Below are positions 46,099-52,484 of a stretch of 52,484 nt of DNA, piece after piece (within the stretch, counting starts at the first letter, position 1; each line of letters begins with the position of its first letter). Source of the stretch: Bacteroidetes bacterium GWF2_49_14 (lineage in GTDB: Bacteria > Bacteroidota > Bacteroidia > Bacteroidales > UBA12481); assembly GCA_001769295.1 (NCBI GenBank), contig MEOR01000108.1, positions 76,596-129,079 on the forward strand, given 5' to 3'. The translations under genes and the position numbers were made by a program. Under the pieces are notes generated by a model. That model had not been told where the DNA came from. It ran no database searches and saw nothing but the letters and a program-made list of their open reading frames with translations.

Positions 46099-47052
46099 TT
46101 ACTTGCGAGTCAGCTTTTCCGTTGATTTAATACTCATCGGAATGGACATGGGTGCGGGCAGCTGGGCAGATTCAACAGAAACCACTCCGGAAATGCTGGT
46201 AACGCTTTCACCTTTTGTAAACAGGCCTGTCACGGCATCCGTTGTAAAGGTACCGTGCTTTCCACCGGACAACTCATAGGTGATGGTCATTCCCTGAACC
46301 TCCATGCTGGAGGAGGGGTCCGCCATGGTTATTATGGAAGCAATTCCTATTTCATTTTCGGTTTTCGATGCACTGGTCAGTGTATAATCGGTTTTGGTAT
46401 TGAATACCACCATATTCTCGACTTTGGTCTCGTTTGAGAATGCTTTTTTCACGGCGATCGGTTCCGCCGGGTAATTCAGAAAGAATCCGCTTACCGACCT
46501 GGTGAAGGATTCTGCGGATCCGGCACTCCCGGAAATGCCTGCCATCATCTGGCTCGACATATCCTGGTTCTCTCCCATTGCTTTGTCAATTTTTTCAGCC
46601 AGTCCTTCGGGGGCTTTCATATCGGATAGCTTGCCATCCCTGGACAGGGTAAACGTAAAAACTTCATTAAGTGTCAGCGCCACTGACTTGGCATAATCAG
46701 GAATCTCCTTGTCGGTCGTGGAGTTGAACTTCATCTCACCCATCGGGGTGCTGGTGTTCATGGTATACTCCGATAATTTTCCTTCCAGCCGGTAGGAATC
46801 ATTAGCAAGCAGTTCCAATACCTTGAAACTATAGGTCATTGAATTTCCTACTGTTGTAGACTGACTTTGCCCCATCATTTCCTGGGCGATTTCCTGACTT
46901 ACGGTAAGAGTATAAGCGAACTGGTCACCGGCTTTTAGCTGGTACTGCAATTGCACTTTTTTGGCTTCAGCCTGAAAAGCGAATGCCATCAGGATTGCCA
47001 GGGTCAGAAGAGAGCGGGTTATTTTCATTGGATTTAAATTGAAGTTTTTCAT
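46099..47052 (-). CDS. Exported hypothetical protein, DUF6263-like
   Basis: Signal peptide ending AFQAEA; 'L.Y.LK.GD.F.Y', 'Q.MMGQ', 'YP.EPI', 'D..TG' pattern resembling DUF6263 proteins. Confidence 0.6.
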   Translation of the reverse strand: MKNFNLNPMKITRSLLTLAILMAFAFQAEAKKVQLQYQLKAGDQFAYTLTVSQEIAQEMMGQSQSTTVGNSMTYSFKVLELLANDSYRLEGKLSEYTMNTSTPMGEMKFNSTTDKEIPDYAKSVALTLNEVFTFTLSRDGKLSDMKAPEGLAEKIDKAMGENQDMSSQMMAGISGSAGSAESFTRSVSGFFLNYPAEPIAVKKAFSNETKVENMVVFNTKTDYTLTSASKTENEIGIASIITMADPSSSMEVQGMTITYELSGGKHGTFTTDAVTGLFTKGESVTSISGVVSVESAQLPAPMSIPMSIKSTEKLTRK

Positions 47053-47076
47053 TTAGAAATCAAAATTCTCAGAAAG

Positions 47077-47961
47077 TTACATTCCGTGGCCGAATATCGG
47101 ATTAATTGCTGATAAATAAAACCGGTAGACCGCTGACAGCCTCCAGATCCGGAAGAAAACACGGAGCATGATGAACATTTGCTGGATGAGTAAGAAGAGC
47201 ATGATAAGACCGGTGGTATCGACTGTTACTCCGGAGCGCAGAAGGTAATATGCCGCTGCGGCAGCGGCCGGAGCCAGTGCCAGGAGGATTCCCAGGAGAT
47301 AGAGCCGGAAGAAATTCCGGAGGGCCATTTTCAGGCAGCGGAAAATGCCCTTAAACACTTTTCGCGAATCCTGCTCATAGATGGCGGATTTTACCAAATC
47401 AGACCAGGTGAAGATAAAATTAAGAATTACGAGGTGGGAGGTGAGAAGGATGAGGAAGGGGACAACGACCTGCTTGTCGGTGAGGTTGGTGTGAACCCCG
47501 GTTATGATCAGGTAGGGAAGGTAGAGGATCAGGCCGAGTAGAATGTGAATGATGAGGAAATAGACTGTTAATTTGAGAAATCGCCAGAAGAAGCGAATGG
47601 AGGATTTATGAAAACCGGAGACATTACTCCGGCCACCCGGGCTGGCAATTTTACTGTAGATTCCGCCGGTGAGGTATACCTGCAGCAGCGCGAAGCCGAT
47701 CAACCAGGGGAATAGACCCTGAATAAAAACCCGGAACATCTGTCCTTTTGAAACAAGGATTTCCCGGATAATGGTTGCATCGAATCCCTTCATCAGGCCG
47801 TCGGCCAACTCACTGTTACCGGTTGCTGACCTGAAGAGGCCAAAAAACGGGATGGCGATCAGCAGGGCAATTCCCAGGTAAGAGAGGTAAATGAACAGGG
47901 TAAGACGGAGTGATCGCCAGGCGGTTTTGGCACCGTGGATATATGCGGATATTGTTTTCAT
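47077..47961 (-). CDS. Hypothetical integral membrane protein (about 6 TM segments)
   Basis: Multiple long hydrophobic stretches separated by basic loops (FFWRFLKL); co-oriented with the M1 peptidase, 18-nt gap. Confidence 0.75.
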   Translation of the reverse strand: MKTISAYIHGAKTAWRSLRLTLFIYLSYLGIALLIAIPFFGLFRSATGNSELADGLMKGFDATIIREILVSKGQMFRVFIQGLFPWLIGFALLQVYLTGGIYSKIASPGGRSNVSGFHKSSIRFFWRFLKLTVYFLIIHILLGLILYLPYLIITGVHTNLTDKQVVVPFLILLTSHLVILNFIFTWSDLVKSAIYEQDSRKVFKGIFRCLKMALRNFFRLYLLGILLALAPAAAAAAYYLLRSGVTVDTTGLIMLFLLIQQMFIMLRVFFRIWRLSAVYRFYLSAINPIFGHGM

Positions 47962-47979
47962 GGATAAACGGTTTTAGGA

Positions 47980-50013
47980 TCAGACGATCAGGGATAGGGA
48001 ATGCATGATGTTTTCAACCAGAAACAGGAATCTTGCCGCCCACTTCAGAGCAGGCTTTGCAGAGGGTTTCACGGCAAAGGAGTTGTTGAGCAGATTGGAA
48101 TCCAGCAGCAGCTTCTGCCCGGGGTCCACCATGGCGGCCACTACCCTCTCCTTTCTCTCGTAGATTAGATCGAACACCTTATCCTTTCCGTCCCAGTTCT
48201 CAAGGATCTCCTCGCCATTATCAAACCTGACGCGGATTTCGACAGGCACTATCCCGTCGCCTTTCCGGCTCAGCATGACAACCGACCGGAAACGATCCTC
48301 AATCCTATCTGTCTCCAGAAATGTTTTTTCTGATGATTCATCATACAGTCCGCCTTTTTCCATCGCCGGGGAGACCCTTATTCCTTCCACCGAATAATCC
48401 AAAGCCGCAGTTCCATAGAGGAATTGATCAAAGAACCAGTCGAGATCCGGCCCGTACTTGTAATCGCCCCGCTCCCTGATCACTTCGTTTACCACCCTGA
48501 TAAAGTCTTTGGTTGAAGGATGCCGGAATGCCCATCGTTCGTAATATTTCCTGAAGATTTCGTCCATGCACTCCTGCCCTACCATCCGTTCCAGCGTATT
48601 GAGCATGGTGGCAGGCTTCTGGTAGACAGTTGCCCCATAGGTACCCCTTGGGAAACTCCATGAATTATTGAAAGTGGGTACTAGGTTTGGGGTGAGTCCG
48701 CCCAGCCATGAGATCCTTGCAAATTCCACATCTCCCACATGCACAAACGGAAACCCGAGCATGGCTGTTTTCTCGCCGTAGGCCCAGTCCATGATCCGGT
48801 TTTCCCAATAGCTGTTTATGCCCTCGTCGAGCCAGGGCTCCTCGGCCTCATTATTGGCGAGGATTCCCATGAAATAGGCATGACCGAATTCGTGAACCGT
48901 CACCATTTCAGCCATACGAATCTGTTCGGGTATGAGGTAGAAGGTGCCGGCTGTTATCAGGGTGGTATATTCCATGCCACCGGCTCCCTGCCCGTAGGTT
49001 GGTGGATCCACCACCGTCACATAGGGCCAGGGATAGGGTCCGACATGTGCATCGAAGTACTCGAGGGCATATTTTACTGCTTTACTGTGGCGCTCAGCCT
49101 GATAAAAGTGTTCGGGCTGCAGCATTATCTTGATTTTCACGTTTTTCCACTGGTCTTCTGCAATCTGGAAATCCTTTGAGGCGGTCCAGGCAAAATCAAC
49201 AATATCCTCTGCCCGAAAGGAAAGAGTTTTCTTTCCGCCCGATGCGGTTTCCTTCATCAGTTGTCCGCCGCTTCCCACCACATACTCATCAGGAACGGTT
49301 AAATCAACTTTGTAGAGGCTATGGTTGGCATAGAATTCAGCATTTGGATAAAACTGGTGGGTATTCCAACCGCCCTTTCGGGCATATCTCATGCCAGCCG
49401 GCTCATATACGCCCAGTTTCGGGAACCATTGCCCGACAAAGAAAAAATCCTTGCTGTACCCGGTTCTTGCCGTGATTTTAGGGAGTTTCGAAGTAAATTG
49501 TATTGTGACGGTCACGGTGGAATCCGGTAGAACCGGATTGGTCAGCCTGACAGAAACGACCGACTGGTCCTTCCCGTACAATTCCTGCGGGAACGGTTTC
49601 TCCTCAGGTAGACGAAGCGGGAAAGGAGAGATAGTTTCATCGGGTTGTATAAACCGAAGCTGATCCGTGAGCAATTCGCCGGATCCGGTCTTCATGGAAA
49701 TAATATCAGTATAGCCCCAATCCTTCTCCTCCGAAAGCCCTGATCGTCTTGCGCTGAGGAAAGTGGATCGTCCGTTCTTGAAAGCATTGAGGTACAGGTG
49801 GAACTGGAGCTCGCTAACCGTGTCACGGGAAGGATTCTTCCATTGAACGGTCATTTCACCTGACACCGTTTTTTTATCAGGATTAAGTTCTGCATTTATC
49901 TGATACTGAGTAATTCGGGGACTCAGCGGCGACGGAAGGATCACCTGCGCGGATCCCTTGCCGGCCGTGAACAATGCTGCAGCCAGCAGAAAAAAGAGGT
50001 GAATTGATTTCAT
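47980..50013 (-). CDS. Exported M1-family zinc aminopeptidase with a C-terminal hydrophobic tail
   Basis: Signal peptide; GGMEY exopeptidase motif; HEFGH-x18-E (WLDEG); catalytic Tyr in VYQK; C-terminal KWAARFLFLVENIMHSLSLIV. Confidence 0.92.
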   Translation of the reverse strand: MKSIHLFFLLAAALFTAGKGSAQVILPSPLSPRITQYQINAELNPDKKTVSGEMTVQWKNPSRDTVSELQFHLYLNAFKNGRSTFLSARRSGLSEEKDWGYTDIISMKTGSGELLTDQLRFIQPDETISPFPLRLPEEKPFPQELYGKDQSVVSVRLTNPVLPDSTVTVTIQFTSKLPKITARTGYSKDFFFVGQWFPKLGVYEPAGMRYARKGGWNTHQFYPNAEFYANHSLYKVDLTVPDEYVVGSGGQLMKETASGGKKTLSFRAEDIVDFAWTASKDFQIAEDQWKNVKIKIMLQPEHFYQAERHSKAVKYALEYFDAHVGPYPWPYVTVVDPPTYGQGAGGMEYTTLITAGTFYLIPEQIRMAEMVTVHEFGHAYFMGILANNEAEEPWLDEGINSYWENRIMDWAYGEKTAMLGFPFVHVGDVEFARISWLGGLTPNLVPTFNNSWSFPRGTYGATVYQKPATMLNTLERMVGQECMDEIFRKYYERWAFRHPSTKDFIRVVNEVIRERGDYKYGPDLDWFFDQFLYGTAALDYSVEGIRVSPAMEKGGLYDESSEKTFLETDRIEDRFRSVVMLSRKGDGIVPVEIRVRFDNGEEILENWDGKDKVFDLIYERKERVVAAMVDPGQKLLLDSNLLNNSFAVKPSAKPALKWAARFLFLVENIMHSLSLIV

Positions 50014-50066
50014 AACCGAATGGGATTGTTTGTTTGGCCTTTTAAAGGTAAACAAAAAAGAAAGAG

Positions 50067-50137
50067 AGCCAAGACCGGGAATCGAACCCGGAATGGTGGT
50101 TTACGAAACCACTGTTATACCCTTTAACTATCTTGGC
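50067..50137 (-). tRNA. tRNA-Thr (CGT)
   Basis: GCCAAGA TA GTTA-AAGGGTA-TAAC A GTGGT-TTCGTAA-ACCAC CATT CCGGG-TTCGATT-CCCGG TCTTGGC T; -7 promoter TATCTTTG at 50152-50159 (minus). Confidence 0.93.
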
Positions 50138-50208
50138 ATTTAGAGCGGCGGCAAAGATAGGAACGATTTTTATTTTGGCAATACGATACCAGATTTCAGA
50201 AAATCTAA

Positions 50209-50216
50209 TATTTTTG
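50209..50216 (+). promoter_or_regulatory. -7 promoter element upstream of the MATE leader
   Basis: TATTTTTG(C). Confidence 0.6.
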
Positions 50217-50232
50217 CAAAAAATCCACTAAG

Positions 50233-50283
50233 ATGAAAACGTTCAGTACCCCGTTTCTTGTGGATGTCCGGACAATTATCTAA
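50233..50283 (+). CDS. Putative 16-aa leader peptide MKTFSTPFLVDVRTII
   Basis: ATG 16 nt after the -7 element in an A-rich context; the stop codon sits in the loop of a hairpin; upstream of the MATE gene. Confidence 0.4.
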   Translation: MKTFSTPFLVDVRTII

Positions 50284-50353
50284 CCCGGGCATCCGTCCCG
50301 GCGCCGAAACATCGGCAACCCTTCCAATGTTATACTTATAATTTTTTGCTTCA

Positions 50354-51757
50354 ATGAAGTATTTCCTTAATTTTAAACAACTACGTAAGGACGTTTGGGA
50401 ATCCATCTCCGGTACTGAGATGGATTTCACCGCCGGCAGTATGGGGCGCGCAGTTTTTTTACTTTCCATACCGATGGTGCTTGAAATGGTAATGGAATCC
50501 ATTTTTGCCATTGTCGACATTTTCTTCGTTTCCAAACTAGGCTCCGAGGCGATAGCCACTGTGGGGATCACGGAGTCATTAATAACCATTGTTTATGCCA
50601 TTGGTGGCGGACTGGCCATGGCTACCACCGCTCTTGTAGCACGAAGAACCGGTGAAAAACGCCCTGAAGAGGCTTCAAGGGTAGCTTTTCAGGCAATACT
50701 TACGGGGGTCCTGGTATCGACCCTGATCGCGGTTCCCGGTTTCCTCTGGAGCTCTGATCTTCTGAGGCTCATGGGCGGCTCGGAAGAAATGCAGGGTGAG
50801 CTTGCCAGTTACACGAAAATCATGCTGGGATCCAATGGAGTGATCATCATCCTGTTCATTATCAATTCGGTATTGAGAAGTTCAGGGGATGCAGCCATGT
50901 CATTGCGAGTATTGATTACTGCCAATTTCATTAATATTATTCTTGATCCCTTACTGATTTTTGGCATCGGCCCATTCCCGGAGCTAGGGATCAAGGGTGC
51001 TGCCATTGCAACGCTAATCGGGCGCTCCGTGGGTGTTTCCTACCAGGTGTTTTTGCTCTTCAGGGGCAAAAGAAGAATCAAGTTAACCTTGGCGGATATC
51101 CGGTTTGAACCGCATACCATCTGGCAGATCATCAAACTCAGCCTGGGTGGCATTGGACAATCCCTTATTGCTACCACGAGCTGGATCGGTCTGGTGAGGA
51201 TAATCGCCACATTCGGAAGCTCAGTTGTAGCTGGCTATACCATTGCAATCCGGGTAATCATTTTTGCCTTGCTTCCATCCGCCGGCATCAGTAATGCAGC
51301 TGCGACACTGGTAGGACAAAACCTTGGGGCCGACAAACCTGAACGCGCTGAGCGGTCGGTGTGGCTGACGGCAAAAGTAAACCTGGTGCTTATGGGTCTG
51401 CTTGGACTGGTTCTTGCCATATTCCCGGAGTTCTTTATCCGGATGTTTATTCAGGATCCGGCAGTGATCGTCCCGGCGGTCCAGGCTTTGCGTATCATTA
51501 GTTTCGGGTTTGCCTTCTACGGCTTGGGCATGGTTATGATTCAAGCCTTAAACGGGGCGGGTGATACAGCGACTCCGACCAAAGTGTTTTTCATTTGCTT
51601 CTGGCTGATAGAGATTCCCCTGGCCTGGGTCCTGGCTAAACCTCTGAATACTGGTCCCCCCGGAGTCTTTATTTCGATTGTTGTGGCTGAGACCATCATG
51701 ACCCTGATCTCATTTTACCTTTTTCGTCGTGGCAAATGGAAGCTTAAAAAGGTTTAA
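50354..51757 (+). CDS. MATE-family efflux transporter
   Basis: About 12 TM segments; LSIPM..EM, VDIFFVSKLG..A.A.VG, NIILDPLLIFG.GPFPELGI.GAAIAT, AAATLVGQNLGA, NGAGDT. Confidence 0.95.
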   Translation: MKYFLNFKQLRKDVWESISGTEMDFTAGSMGRAVFLLSIPMVLEMVMESIFAIVDIFFVSKLGSEAIATVGITESLITIVYAIGGGLAMATTALVARRTGEKRPEEASRVAFQAILTGVLVSTLIAVPGFLWSSDLLRLMGGSEEMQGELASYTKIMLGSNGVIIILFIINSVLRSSGDAAMSLRVLITANFINIILDPLLIFGIGPFPELGIKGAAIATLIGRSVGVSYQVFLLFRGKRRIKLTLADIRFEPHTIWQIIKLSLGGIGQSLIATTSWIGLVRIIATFGSSVVAGYTIAIRVIIFALLPSAGISNAAATLVGQNLGADKPERAERSVWLTAKVNLVLMGLLGLVLAIFPEFFIRMFIQDPAVIVPAVQALRIISFGFAFYGLGMVMIQALNGAGDTATPTKVFFICFWLIEIPLAWVLAKPLNTGPPGVFISIVVAETIMTLISFYLFRRGKWKLKKV

Positions 51758-51766
51758 CTTTAGTGG

Positions 51767-52484
51767 ATGAAACACGGGTGGCTGAGTCTGGTGCCCATAC
51801 TGGTTCCTCTCCTGCTGGTTACTTCCTGCAGAAAAGATCCTGTTAACCAGCCACCGGTGGCTTCATTCATCATCAAGCCTGATTCGGGTGATACCGAAAC
51901 ATTTTTTTCCCTTGATGCCACAGGTTCCTATGACCCCGACGGGGAAGATTCGTCGCTTGAGATCCGGTGGGATTATGAGAATGACGGATTCTATGACTGG
52001 CTTTTTGTCAAGACCCGCATCAACCTCCACCGGTTCTCAGCTGCCGGCTCCTATACCGTAAGGCTGCAAGTCAGGGACGGAGCAGGTGGCCTGGCCACAA
52101 CCACCCGGGAAGTTTTCGTCGGCGAAGGCAATGCCGCCCCGCTGATCCCGTTTGCGCCAAATCCGAGGGACAGCGCCAACAATATCATTTTCAGCGGAAG
52201 ACTTTCCTGGGTTGCACTTGATCCTGACAGCGACCACCTCCGGTATGATCTGTACCTGGGGGAGAGTTTCGATCCTCCCTTAGTGGAAACAAATCTCCCG
52301 GCGGATCAATATTTTCCGGAGGGCTTGAAGCCGGGCAGGCGTTACTTCTGGAAGGTCGTTTCAAGGGACCCCGGCGGACTTACTGCATTTTCACCTGTGT
52401 GGCGTTTTTCGGTTCACTCCGGAGTCTACGAACGGGATACCCTAACCGACCCGAGGGACGGCCAGCGATATCCCGTCATAAACC
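51767..52484 (+). CDS. Lipoprotein with PKD and FN3-like domains and the start of a FISUMP (Fibrobacter major paralogous) domain; runs off the window end
   Basis: Not in the ORF track. Manual translation gives MKHGWLSLVPILVPLLLVTSCRKDPVNQPPVASF...LDATGSYDPDG...RWDYENDG...GSYTVRLQVRD (PKD), LSW...DPDSD.L.YDLYLG...YFWKV (FN3-like) and TDPRDGQRY (FISUMP start). Confidence 0.8.
   Translation, partial: MKHGWLSLVPILVPLLLVTSCRKDPVNQPPVASFIIKPDSGDTETFFSLDATGSYDPDGEDSSLEIRWDYENDGFYDWLFVKTRINLHRFSAAGSYTVRLQVRDGAGGLATTTREVFVGEGNAAPLIPFAPNPRDSANNIIFSGRLSWVALDPDSDHLRYDLYLGESFDPPLVETNLPADQYFPEGLKPGRRYFWKVVSRDPGGLTAFSPVWRFSVHSGVYERDTLTDPRDGQRYPVIN

Overview
A mostly housekeeping window from a Bacteroidota genome, most likely Bacteroidales. 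The assignment rests on the sprA T9SS translocon, the lpxC-fabZ fusion, many TAnnTTTG -7 promoter motifs and Cys-Lys-Asp lipoprotein N-termini. It holds about 40 CDS. In order: lptE (partial) and a sensor-less sigma-54 activator; kdsB; a minus-strand run sufBCDSE-sufT-queG-beta-helix-GSCFA; thiL; HD hydrolase-lpxD-lpxC/fabZ-lpxA; rimP-nusA-infB; pepA-pdxA-ruvA-sprA-gcvH; mqnC; M23-dxr-rseP-DUF4837; tRNA-fMet; a block of secreted and surface proteins (M6 protease, beta-barrel plus lipoprotein pair, M1 peptidase module); tRNA-Thr(CGU); a MATE transporter; and a partial PKD/FN3/FISUMP lipoprotein. No integrase, transposase, CRISPR array or rRNA was seen. The best candidates for new biology are: (1) an uncharacterised beta-barrel plus lipoprotein pair whose lipoprotein carries a GPS/GAIN-like W..W..HL|S putative autoproteolysis motif; (2) one 9-bp repeat family (GGTTGAAnn) present both in-frame inside infB (25 units) and intergenically next to a REP-like palindrome; (3) REP/REPIN-like palindromes, one of which supplies the stop codons of both thiL and lpxA; (4) a perfect ICE-like box at the suf promoter; and (5) a leader peptide with hairpins ahead of the MATE gene. 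All calls come from reading motifs by eye; no searches were run.
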